Shown: positions 1 through 7,496 of the stretch, one piece after another
How the letters are laid out: each line of letters starts with the position of its first letter
How positions within the stretch are numbered: the first letter of the stretch is position 1
Assembly: GCA_043808095.1 (NCBI GenBank)
Contig: JAZDFF010000040.1
Coordinates: 1,908 to 65,907 of the forward strand
Source of the DNA: Candidatus Omnitrophota bacterium
Lineage (GTDB): Bacteria > Omnitrophota > Gorgyraeia > JAZDFF01
DNA length: 64,000 nucleotides
Direction of reading: 5' to 3'
The notes under the pieces: generated by a model
What the model was told of the DNA's origin: nothing
Databases searched by the model: none
Seen by the model: only the letters and a program-made list of their open reading frames with translations
Program-made: the position numbers and the translations under genes

Positions 1-149
1 GTGAGAATACCAACTTCTTTCTAAATCTCATCTTTTCCATTTATTTTCAATTATATTTTAAAACAAAACCCTACGCAAGTATTTTACTTACATAGGGTTA
101 TGTTTTAGTGGCTCCCCCGCGAGGACTCGAACCTCGGACATGGTGGTTA

Positions 150-510
150 CAAGTGACCCGAAATTGCTTTCGGACTTGGACTATCTCTTTACCATGACTA
201 ACGAAGCGGCTCCCTCGCTTTCGCTCGGGATAAAACTGTACTTCGTCCAGTTTTAGGTAGTGGGTGCATAGTCTCTGCACCTGCCTTCGCTAAAGCATCG
301 GCAGGCAAGCCTTCTGCCTGCTAGCCTCATGCGAGGATCGGCTCAGGATTACCCCAGCTGTTTCGTTTTGCTGCGCAAAAGCGAAACAAAACGACAGGGG
401 CTTCCCTGAATTCTCCCACAGTTTCAACTACGGTTTCCCGTAGAAGCTGCGCTTTGTAAGATCCTTCGGGTTTCGCCCTCAGGATGCTCGTCCGCCTTCG
501 GCGGACTCGC
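150..510 (-). ncRNA. Group I self-splicing intron (361 nt) in the anticodon loop of tRNA-Asn, between nt 35 and 36.
   Basis: The 5' exon ends in U and the intron ends in G (omega-G) immediately before the 3' exon. The conserved P7 core strands are present: GCAGAGACTA (R element) and AAGAGATAGTCC (S element). GNRA-type capped helices are also present. No ORF lies inside the intron. Confidence 0.75.
345..396 (-). repeat. A roughly 48-nt imperfect palindromic module (CCCCnGCTGnTTCGTTTTGCTnCGCAAAAGCGAAnCAAAACG..GGGG) inserted in a peripheral loop of the group I intron.
   Basis: A second copy lies at 43982..44033 in the same orientation and carries compensatory substitutions that preserve the hairpin. 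Confidence 0.6.
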
Positions 511-592
511 ACAGCCACCCGCTCTACCAACTGAGCTACAGGGGAATATTAAAAAATCAAATATCAAAAATCAAAAATAAAAATTATAAATA

Positions 593-1192
593 TTAAAAAT
601 CGCGCCTTGACTCTAACGCCTTGGACAAAGTCGGAGAGTCAATGTATTCTAAATTTGCACCCAAAGGAATGCCTACGCCGATACGGGTAAGTTTTACGCC
701 ATACGGCTTGATTACCTTACTTAAATAAAGCGCGGTGGTCTCTCCTTCTGTATCCGCATCAGTAGCAATAATTACCTCTTTGACGTTATTCTGTTTTAGC
801 CGGCTTAAAAGCCCTTCTATGGCCAAATCCCCCGGCCCTCTTCCTTCAAGCGGAGCGATGCTGCCCAATAATACATGGTACAACCCCTTAAAAGACGAAC
901 TGTTCTCAATGGAAATAACATTCTTGGGCTCCTCAACTACGCACAGAAGCGACCTGTCACGGCCCTGGTCCTGACAGATCTTACAGGTATCCTGTTCGCT
1001 TAAATTATTACAGACCTTGCAGAGCCTGGTTTTTGCTTTTGCCTCTGTTATCGAAGAGGCAAGTCCCTCGGCCTGATCTTTGGGGCTGTTTAAAAGATAA
1101 AAGACTATCCTTTCGGCGCCCCTCTTGCCGATACCGGGCAGTTTTACTAATTTTGCGATCAGCCTCTCTATGGAATCAGGATAGTTGGACAT
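593..1192 (-). CDS. recR: Recombination protein RecR.
   Basis: It has the RecR N-terminal HhH region, a C4 zinc finger (CKVCNNLSEQDTCKICQD) and a Toprim domain. It follows dnaX as in the conserved dnaX-recR arrangement. Confidence 0.93.
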   Translation of the reverse strand: MSNYPDSIERLIAKLVKLPGIGKRGAERIVFYLLNSPKDQAEGLASSITEAKAKTRLCKVCNNLSEQDTCKICQDQGRDRSLLCVVEEPKNVISIENSSSFKGLYHVLLGSIAPLEGRGPGDLAIEGLLSRLKQNNVKEVIIATDADTEGETTALYLSKVIKPYGVKLTRIGVGIPLGANLEYIDSPTLSKALESRRDF

Positions 1193-1196
1193 CTGT

Positions 1197-2849
1197 TTAT
1201 TCCCTTCTAAAGACCCTGCCTCTAAAGGTCTCCAGTGCAGATTTAATGAATGACTCGTCTTCTTTTCTCTCGGTACTGCCTGTTTTTCCTATCTCTGTAG
1301 TTGTAAAATTAATGCGTAATTTTGTATTAAGCAGGTTATTGAGGGTATTCTCAATCAAAGACTTGTTGTCATTCTTCTCTAAAACTTCCCGATGAAGCGA
1401 CGCAGATTTAGCAAAACCAACGGTAAGAAGGCTCTTTTCTATCTTTAACGGCGCGCCTTCCTGAAGATAAGTTGCCGTAGACATTTTAACCTTACCTAGC
1501 TCATTAATCAAGTCCGGCCAGACATTTTTAATCTGGGCGATATCAGTTATATGGGTATTGGCCTCTTCTGCCTTGGGCTCATTTGGACTGTGCGGCTCTT
1601 CGAGAGGCTCCACCAATTTAGCCGCGTTGATTTTAGGCTCCATAATTTTCGGGATGCTCGTTGGGTTTACCGGATTATTCCGGGCCTTCGGCTGTTGGGG
1701 CATTTTAATCGAAGATAGGGTATGGGGGTTATTTTCCTGTTTTTCTTTTAAGGCGCTTGGGCCCGAGTGCGTAAGTTTAACCAATAAGACCTCAAGAGGA
1801 ATCCTCAAAGTCTCTAATCTCTTAGTGGTCTCTCCGGTAGAAATAATAAGATTCATGATATTTAGGAGTTCGGATATAGAGAAAAATTGCGACTGTTTAT
1901 AAATTGTTTCCTGATTTTCTGCGGTCAGATCAATCAGCCCCTTTAGTGAATCTTTGCCGATTTTAGCCACTAAGATATTGCGGAAATGCTCTAATAAATG
2001 GGGAATAAATTGCGCTGTATCTTTACCTTCATTTATCAGCCTATCTAATAATTTCAAGGCACCGAGCGAATCCTTCTTAATAATATATTCCGTTAACTCA
2101 AATAACGACTCTTGCTCCAATATACCAAGAAGAGAGACTACGTCGCTTACCTGTAATTTCTCTTTAGAGAATGATACGAGCTGGTCAAGAATGGATTCTG
2201 CGTCCCTTATGGAGCCGTCAGAGGCCCGGGCAATCGCAAAGAGCACCCTTTTATCGACATTCAATTTTTCGCTTGCCGTTATCTTCTCTAATTTCTCGGT
2301 AATCTTCAAAGCAGGCACGCGCCTGAAATCAAAACGCTGGCAGCGGGAGATTATCGTCGAGATTATCTTATGCGGTTGGGTAGTGGCAAAGACGAATTTT
2401 ACGTGAGCAGGCGGCTCCTCCAGAGTTTTAAGCAAGGCATTAAAGGCGGCATCAGAGAGCATATGCACTTCATCAATGATATAAATCTTAAACCTGCCAT
2501 TAACCGGGGAAAATTTGACGTTTTCGCGTAGTTGCCTTACATTATCGATGCCGGTATTAGAGGCACCGTCTATCTCGATAACATCAAGGCTGCGGCTTTC
2601 GGTAATCTCGCGGCAGGCGACACATTTCTGGCAGGGCTTTACAGTCGGGCCTTTCTCGCAGTTTAAGGACTTGGCGAAAATTCTTGCGGTTGAGGTCTTA
2701 CCTACCCCGCGCGGGCCGCTAAATAAGTAGGCATGGGCCAGGCGGTTATTAAGAATGGCATTCTTTAAAGTTTTAGTGATGTGATCTTGGCCTATTACCT
2801 CATCGAGTTCCTGAGGCCGCCATTTACGTGCGAGGACTATGTAGGACAT
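1197..2849 (-). CDS. dnaX: DNA polymerase III subunit gamma/tau.
   Basis: It has an AAA+ clamp-loader N-terminus (GPRGVGKTS Walker A), a Cys-rich zinc module (CEKG..CQKCVAC) and a SRC motif. Confidence 0.93.
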   Translation of the reverse strand: MSYIVLARKWRPQELDEVIGQDHITKTLKNAILNNRLAHAYLFSGPRGVGKTSTARIFAKSLNCEKGPTVKPCQKCVACREITESRSLDVIEIDGASNTGIDNVRQLRENVKFSPVNGRFKIYIIDEVHMLSDAAFNALLKTLEEPPAHVKFVFATTQPHKIISTIISRCQRFDFRRVPALKITEKLEKITASEKLNVDKRVLFAIARASDGSIRDAESILDQLVSFSKEKLQVSDVVSLLGILEQESLFELTEYIIKKDSLGALKLLDRLINEGKDTAQFIPHLLEHFRNILVAKIGKDSLKGLIDLTAENQETIYKQSQFFSISELLNIMNLIISTGETTKRLETLRIPLEVLLVKLTHSGPSALKEKQENNPHTLSSIKMPQQPKARNNPVNPTSIPKIMEPKINAAKLVEPLEEPHSPNEPKAEEANTHITDIAQIKNVWPDLINELGKVKMSTATYLQEGAPLKIEKSLLTVGFAKSASLHREVLEKNDNKSLIENTLNNLLNTKLRINFTTTEIGKTGSTERKEDESFIKSALETFRGRVFRRE

Positions 2850-3051
2850 GATTTCATTCCCGATGGTTTAAGCAAAACAACGCAGAAATACAAAATTTTA
2901 GTATTCGAACGGCGCCGCGCTCGCTGCGGCTCCTGTCATGTAAGACTCTGGCTCGGGCGGAGCCTCGCCAGAGTCCGTTGTTTCTTTTCTAGTTGTTGTG
3001 AAAAATTATCTTCCTTGCGGGTTGATGATTTTTCGCTTAAGGTAGAAACAA

Positions 3052-3141
3052 CGGAGGAGTTGGGATTTGAACCCAAGGGCCCAGTTTACCCAGGCCAACT
3101 CTTTAGCAGAGAGTTGCTTTCAACCACTCAGCCACTCCTCC
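3052..3141 (-). tRNA. tRNA-Ser(GCU), type II with a long variable arm.
   Basis: Reverse complement: GGAGGAG TG GCTGAGTGGTTGAAAGC AACTCT CTGCTAA AGAGTT + variable arm + GGGTTCAAATCCC AACTCCTCC G. Confidence 0.85.
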
Positions 3142-3154
3142 AAAGAAATTATTT

Positions 3155-4159
3155 CTAGTTATAAAAGCTCTGATAAGCCAAAAGTAAACGTTCGTTGTTA
3201 GAACCTATTTCTTTGAAATAACGTTTTATCTCTAATAAATCATAAATATAAACCCTATTTCCATTTTTTATTTTTGGCGTAAAACCTAAGTTTCTGAATA
3301 TCAGTACTACTGATTTGAATAAAGGTTTAGAACAATTCGTAAAACAAATTCTCAAATATCTATATTGCTTTTCGTTAATCTTGTATGTATGAAAATAAGT
3401 ACCGCCATCTGTATCCATAAGGCCTTTTAAACATGCCCGTTGAAATTCCTTATTTTTTTTAATCCAATTCGGAATATCAATCTTATTTCTGATTTTATCT
3501 CCTATTTTAAACCCCTGGCTATTTAAGAATTTCACTAATTCTACGCTTGAAACAATTATATCAGCTCCATTATTTCCTCTATTAATATGGCGTGTTGAAT
3601 CAAGTAAAAATAATTCTTTTATCAGTTTTGCACAATAATCAGAATAATTTTTATCTTTTATATTATTATATGATATTGCAATCTGGTATTTACTCTTAAC
3701 CCCTCCATCTCCCATAAATATGCCGATAAACTCAGCTAATTTAATAGAAGGAGACGGATAAGAAATTATTTTTTTTACCGTAACCCCAAATCTTTTAAAA
3801 TATTCCGGATTTGTTTTTATTAATTCTTGAGTAGTTAAGCCGCCCTTTTTTCTTCCTTCATAAGTACCCGGATTTCCATATAACTTAAGCCTGGCTTTAG
3901 CGCCTAATCTTCCGGCATTAGAAGAATTCCAAGATTCTGGTAGAAAATTAGCAGTTTTGGGTATTAAAATTCCCGTCAGTTTCTCTAACTTTAAGGCAGA
4001 TTCATAACTCATATTAAATTTTTCTCTTTCCCAATCACATAATGTCCTTGGGTGAATATTACAAATCTTGGTTATCCCGACCCGATGTTTAACTAATTTT
4101 GATTTATTCCTTATTATAAATTCTCTCTGTTTGCCCTTTGGAAATGATAATCTAGCCAT
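3155..4159 (-). CDS. Free-standing double-motif LAGLIDADG homing-endonuclease-like protein with an N-terminal HTH-like region.
   Basis: Two LAGLIDADG motifs are present: LAEFIGIFMGDGGV and ACLKGLMDTDGGTY. The stop codon lies 13 nt upstream of the 5' end of tRNA-Ser(GCU) on the same strand. Confidence 0.75.
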   Translation of the reverse strand: MARLSFPKGKQREFIIRNKSKLVKHRVGITKICNIHPRTLCDWEREKFNMSYESALKLEKLTGILIPKTANFLPESWNSSNAGRLGAKARLKLYGNPGTYEGRKKGGLTTQELIKTNPEYFKRFGVTVKKIISYPSPSIKLAEFIGIFMGDGGVKSKYQIAISYNNIKDKNYSDYCAKLIKELFLLDSTRHINRGNNGADIIVSSVELVKFLNSQGFKIGDKIRNKIDIPNWIKKNKEFQRACLKGLMDTDGGTYFHTYKINEKQYRYLRICFTNCSKPLFKSVVLIFRNLGFTPKIKNGNRVYIYDLLEIKRYFKEIGSNNERLLLAYQSFYN

Positions 4160-4206
4160 TTTTACAACGTTTTTTCTTTCCCGCCTTGCGCTTAGTGCCT
4201 ATTGTG

Positions 4207-4218
4207 GCGGGATCCCGC
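4207..4218. promoter_or_regulatory. GCGGGATCCCGC palindrome, one copy of a six-member intergenic palindrome family.
   Basis: The same 12-mer, or its CGGGATCCCG core, recurs at 40723, 49147, 51631, 53061 and 28752, each 20-100 bp 5' of a minus-strand gene start. Confidence 0.4.
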
Positions 4219-4221
4219 CAA

Positions 4222-4680
4222 CTATTTAGTGCGTTTGCGGGAAAAAAAATCTTTCAGTAAAGAGCTGCTCTCTCTTTCTAAAACACCCTTCGTAACTTTT
4301 ATGCGATGATTTAGTTTTTTGTTGTCTACTATATTGATTACTGAGCCGCACGCCCCTGCCTTAGGGTCGGCTGCGCCGTAAATTAGGCGCTTAATCCGCG
4401 CTAAAACAAGTGCGCCTGCACACATACTGCAGGGCTCAATTGTAACATATAATGATGCCTCGGGCAACCACTTACTAGCCAGGTAATTTGTAGCACTGGT
4501 AAGGGTAATCATCTCGGCATGGGCAGTTGAATCTTTGAGTCTTTCTACCTGATTATGGCCCCGGGCAATGATTTTCCGGTCATGGACAATGACGCAGCCA
4601 ACCGGGACCTCGTCTTCTTCGGCTGCAATATACGCCTCCTTAAGCGCCTCTTGCATATAAATCTCATCAATCTTGCCCAT
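4222..4680 (-). CDS. tadA: tRNA-specific adenosine(34) deaminase TadA.
   Basis: It has the CDA-fold zinc motifs HAE and PCxxC (HAEMITL, PCSMCAGAL). It lies directly beside tRNA-Arg(ACG), which is its substrate. Confidence 0.9.
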   Translation of the reverse strand: MGKIDEIYMQEALKEAYIAAEEDEVPVGCVIVHDRKIIARGHNQVERLKDSTAHAEMITLTSATNYLASKWLPEASLYVTIEPCSMCAGALVLARIKRLIYGAADPKAGACGSVINIVDNKKLNHRIKVTKGVLERESSSLLKDFFSRKRTK

Positions 4681-4713
4681 AACCCTTAGTTCTTAGTTCT
4701 TAAATCTGAAGTA

Positions 4714-4760
4714 ATGCGCCCGGCTGGAATCGAACCTGCAACAACTTGCTCCGCCCCTCG
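4714..4760 (-). pseudogene. Degenerate 3' portion of a tRNA-Arg(ACG)-like gene: variable loop, T-arm and acceptor 3' strand.
   Basis: Reverse complement GGAGCAAGTTGTTGCAGGTTCGATTCCAGCCGGGCGCA aligns with positions 36-73 of the intact tRNA-Arg, with a mismatch in the T-stem. It is preceded by a CCTCG..CGAGG hairpin. Confidence 0.55.
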
Positions 4761-4800
4761 CTTTTACATTTAGCGGAATCCCGAGGTTTTATCAATAAAG

Positions 4801-4874
4801 TGCGCCTGGCTGGATTTGAACCAGCAACAACCAGCTCCGTAGGCTGATGCTCTATCCAGTTGAGCTACAGGCGC
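4801..4874 (-). tRNA. tRNA-Arg(ACG).
   Basis: Reverse complement: GCGCCTG TA GCTC AACTGGATA GAGC A TCAGC CTACGGA GCTGG TTGTT GCTGG TTCAAAT CCAGC CAGGCGC A. No CCA is encoded. Confidence 0.88.
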
Positions 4875-4899
4875 ATTAAAATTATTACAAATAACTAAC

Positions 4900-5092
4900 T
4901 CAGCTCGGGACGGAGTGCAAATAAAAACCGAGGGACTCCGTAGGCTGATGCTCTATCCTTCGCCGTAGGCGAATCCGCCTGCGGCGGAAATTGCCCGCCA
5001 CTAAAACTTTGCCGCCACAAATCTTAGGCGGCTCGCCAATGAATTGTGGCGAGGCGGGTCCGCCAATCTTTGTGGCGGAAGCTACAGGCGCA
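4900..5092 (-). pseudogene. tRNA-Arg(ACG)-like 5' portion carrying two inserts: a 120-nt insert in the D-loop and a 32-nt insert after the anticodon loop. It has no T-arm.
   Basis: Reverse complement: TGCGCCTGTAGCT [120-nt insert] GGATAGAGC A TCAGC CTACGG [AGTCCCTCGGTTTTTATTTGCACTCCGTCCCG] A GCTGA. The insert pairs with the anticodon (ACGGAGT/ACTCCGT), as pre-tRNA introns do. Confidence 0.55.
4960..5079 (-). repeat. A 120-nt multi-hairpin insertion element, copy 1. It is built from CCGCCA-loop-TGGCGG hairpins.
   Basis: It is near-identical (about 3 mismatches) to 16212..16331, and both copies interrupt the D-loop of a tRNA-Arg-like 5' fragment at exactly the same position. Confidence 0.7.
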
Positions 5093-5103
5093 AACGTAAT
5101 TAT

Positions 5104-5397
5104 TTAGCCAAATTTAGCCAGCTGAATCAAATTAATACAATTGACTAAAGATAACGCTGCAAGTATCGGGCCAAATATAGCCCTTTTTTCAAATATCCAG
5201 TCATCAATAACATTAATCTCGCCTTCGATTGACGATAAAAGTATTGTCCCTGAGCCAAAATTTATATTGAGAATCTCTTCTAATTTCGTATATGTCTTAG
5301 GCGAAAACATATAAATCAAAATTAATACAAATGAGGCCATGGAGGCCAGGAAAAGAAACACCGTTAACATCTGCAAGATACTATCTATGCCAAACAT
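5104..5397 (-). CDS. Small hypothetical membrane protein with two or three predicted TM helices.
   Basis: It is an ORF with hydrophobic segments, and I found no recognisable domain. Confidence 0.4.
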   Translation of the reverse strand: MFGIDSILQMLTVFLFLASMASFVLILIYMFSPKTYTKLEEILNINFGSGTILLSSIEGEINVIDDWIFEKRAIFGPILAALSLVNCINLIQLAKFG

Positions 5398-5452
5398 ATA
5401 ATTTTACCTTAAATTTAATTTGAAGCAAATTTTCCCTTTTCGGAAAAATCAG

Positions 5453-5540
5453 CGGAGGGAGTGAGATTCGAACTCACGTGAGCCTTACGACCCAACCGCT
5501 TTTCGAGAGCGGCCCGTTATGACCACTTCGGTATCCCTCC
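5453..5540 (-). tRNA. tRNA-Ser(CGA), type II.
   Basis: Reverse complement: GGAGGGA TA CCG AAGTGGTCATAA CGG G CCGCT CTCGAAA AGCGG + long variable arm + GAGTTCGAATCTC ACTCCCTCC G. Confidence 0.82.
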
Positions 5541-5897
5541 GAATTTGTCGCGGTTTTCCCCTCGTCACTTCGTTCCTCGGGACTCCGCTCACTCCGTTCG
5601 CTTCGCGAGACCGCTAATTTGCCTTTGTTTAACCCATGCAAATTATCCCGAGATTATCGAGGGGCGCATTCGACCGCCCGCCATTAATACTTTGGCGGGC
5701 GTCCGCCTAAGTTTTAGTGGCGGACGCTCTGCCAACTCTCCAAAAATTTATTTCATGAATTTTTGGATCCTGAATCCCGATATAATCGGGATGAAAGATC
5801 TTTCAAAACTCTTGGCTTACCGTTCGGCTACCCTCGCTGCGTAGATCCTTCGCTTTCGCTCAGGATCCGATTTGCTTTCCATTAAGGGAGAAAAAAT

Positions 5898-5984
5898 CGG
5901 AGGCGGAAGGATTCGAACCCTCGGTGGACTTACGCCCACAACGGTTTTCAAGACCGCCGCTTTCAACCGCTCAGCCACGCCTCC
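5898..5984 (-). tRNA. tRNA-Ser(UGA), type II.
   Basis: Reverse complement: GGAGGCG TG GCTGAGCGGTTGAAAGC GGCGGT CTTGAAA ACCGT + variable arm + GGGTTCGAATCC TTCCGCCTCC G. Confidence 0.82.
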
Positions 5985-6058
5985 CAAAAATTGCTTTTTA
6001 ATTTTTGGGACTTCGAATCCCGCCATAGGCGGGACGAGAAGTCTTTGCTGAATGTTTT
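5985..6058 (-). promoter_or_regulatory. Conserved tRNA-proximal 5' element: a GTCCCGCC-loop-GGCGGGAC hairpin followed by a CCAAAAATT..AATTTTTGG palindrome.
   Basis: It directly abuts the 5' end of tRNA-Ser(UGA). Near-identical copies lie at 7770..7842 and 8201..8277, and a diverged copy at 5745..5822. It is probably a promoter or leader region. Confidence 0.5.
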
Positions 6059-6081
6059 TTAGATCTCTCTATTCGTTATAA

Positions 6082-7419
6082 CTACATCAGATCTTTCCTC
6101 TTACAGCCTATAGATTTCAAAGCCCCTTCAGGATCATCATTATAGGCGCGGCAAAAAGTTGTTACATCCTTCATCAGGCGGATATTTTTATCTTTTAGAA
6201 TCCTCAATATCTTAGCGCGTATATTGGTTTCCTCTATTACCTCTCTGGGGCTTATCCCCTTAATCTCAGAAAGCCTCTCGCGGAACATCCCGCTTACGCC
6301 GCTATTTACAAATTCTTTTTTTGCAAAATCAAATGACCAGATGCAGGTAAGTAATACCATCTTCTTTTCCATGCCTCCGGTCTCATGAATTTCGGCAACC
6401 ACCCGATGAATTCCGTGCTCATCCTGGAATCTTCTCATTACCACCAACACATCTATCAAACTCACTAATGCCTCAGGCACATTCATGGGTTCATTCTGAA
6501 GCCTGATAATAGTCTCTCTGGCAGTGCTGGCGTGTATTGTGCCGATACAGTATTTACCTATATTCATTGCCGTCATCATATCTTTGGCTTCTCTGCCGCG
6601 TACCTCGCCCACGATTATCCTGTCCGGACGCATCCTCAGGCTATTTTTAACCAAATCCTCAAGGCTCAGATGTTCATCGCTTTCTAAGCGCGAGCAATTC
6701 TCCTCTAAATCCGTATTAAGTTCTAAGGTATCTTCAATTATTACCAACCGTTCGCTGCGCGGGAGAAAACTCAAAATGGCATTTAAAAGAGTAGTCTTAC
6801 CCGAGCCCGGCCCGCCTGAAATAAGGATATTGGCCGGCTTCATAGCTAAACCCTCAACATAAATCCAGAAATGCGCGGCTAAATCATAGCTCAAGGTCCC
6901 GTTTTCGATAAGTTCGATAATACTTAGAGGTATTTCCTTCGCCCGGGTTATGGTGATTTGGGGGCCGTAAGGAGAAAATATGATATTAACCCTTCCTTTG
7001 ACATCCCTTAATTCAATGTTGTTGATTTTACGGATCTCGCTTCTTCCTGAAAATATCACCAATTTCTTGATAAATAGATTTAACTCATCATTATTTGTAA
7101 ACCCGGCCTCGGTCTTTACCAGGCCGTATTTGGTCTTATGGATAAATATGGGGCTTAAGCCATTAATGATAATATCCTCAACCTGAGGGTCATTTAAAAA
7201 TTCTTCGATAGGGCCGTAAGACAAAAATTTCTCAAAAAATGCCTCTATATCCAACCCCTTTATCTTCTTCAAGATGTTTTTGCCTTTGGCGGTATTGTAG
7301 ACTTCCAAAAAATGATTAAAGATTACGCCTTTTTTTTCTTGAGGATCCTGGTTTAAGGTAATTTTTCCGGCAACACGATCCAGAACTTCGTTTTCCATAT
7401 TTAAGAAATCTCTATCCAT
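6082..7419 (-). CDS. CpaF/TadA/VirB11-family type II/IV secretion ATPase.
   Basis: It has Walker A (GGPGSGKTT), an Asp box, and the His box and IIVGEVRG motif typical of CpaF/FlaI-type ATPases. It is an orphan gene between tRNA-Ser genes. Confidence 0.85.
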   Translation of the reverse strand: MDRDFLNMENEVLDRVAGKITLNQDPQEKKGVIFNHFLEVYNTAKGKNILKKIKGLDIEAFFEKFLSYGPIEEFLNDPQVEDIIINGLSPIFIHKTKYGLVKTEAGFTNNDELNLFIKKLVIFSGRSEIRKINNIELRDVKGRVNIIFSPYGPQITITRAKEIPLSIIELIENGTLSYDLAAHFWIYVEGLAMKPANILISGGPGSGKTTLLNAILSFLPRSERLVIIEDTLELNTDLEENCSRLESDEHLSLEDLVKNSLRMRPDRIIVGEVRGREAKDMMTAMNIGKYCIGTIHASTARETIIRLQNEPMNVPEALVSLIDVLVVMRRFQDEHGIHRVVAEIHETGGMEKKMVLLTCIWSFDFAKKEFVNSGVSGMFRERLSEIKGISPREVIEETNIRAKILRILKDKNIRLMKDVTTFCRAYNDDPEGALKSIGCKRKDLM

Positions 7420-7496
7420 ATTATCTCCTCAAATGACCCCGACGAAACGTCGGGGTTATACATTATTATATGTTTTAATCTGGCGCCTAATTATTA

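Larger units (their letters stand above)
109..545 (-). tRNA. tRNA-Asn(GUU) interrupted by a group I intron. The 5' exon is 545..511 and the 3' exon is 149..109, ending in an encoded CCA.
   Basis: The exons join into a canonical cloverleaf: TCCCCTG TA GCTC AGTTGGTA GAGC G GGTGG CTGT|TAA CCACC ATGTC CGAGG TTCGAGT CCTCG CGGGGGA G CCA. The anticodon loop CUGUUAA, the U1:A72 pair and discriminator G73 all match bacterial tRNA-Asn. Confidence 0.8.

Noticed and set aside
98-530. The six-frame ORFs 98..280 (-) and 327..530 (-).
   Set aside because: They lie entirely within the tRNA-Asn and group I intron RNA gene. They have no coding signal and are spurious.
98-560. Possible tmRNA (ssrA), given the roughly 440-nt structured RNA ending in a tRNA-like ..GGTTCGAGTCCTCG..CCA.
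   Set aside because: The 5' end has a complete D-arm (GCTCAGTTGGTAGAGC) and a normal anticodon stem. No tag-peptide reading frame ending in ALAA-stop is present. Group I core elements (CAGAGACTA and AGATAGTCC) are present. It is a tRNA-Asn with a group I intron, not tmRNA.
735-2730. Plus-strand ORFs inside recR and dnaX (735..974, 1033..1395, 1558..1902, 1954..2406, 2515..2730). Similar antisense ORFs occur inside most large genes in the window.
   Set aside because: They are antisense to strongly supported genes and show no independent features. They are typical shadow ORFs.
2850-3050. Looked for SRP RNA (ffs), which is often encoded next to dnaX.
   Set aside because: No GGUGCUGUUUACCAGGUCAGG-type domain IV motif is present. 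The region holds only a GC-rich hairpin (GACTCTGGC..GCCAGAGTC) and a partial duplicate of the tRNA-Ser 3' flank.
4714-5092. Calling the flanking tRNA-Arg pieces a bona fide split tRNA of the Nanoarchaeum type.
   Set aside because: I did not adopt this as a feature call. An intact tRNA-Arg(ACG) lies between the pieces. The 3' piece has a T-stem mismatch. Simple insertion or duplication relics explain the layout equally well. It is kept as a hypothesis in the findings only.
5817-6026. The 69-aa ORF on the minus strand.
   Set aside because: It spans tRNA-Ser(UGA) and the conserved tRNA-proximal element, so it is an artefact of a stop-free stretch in structured RNA.
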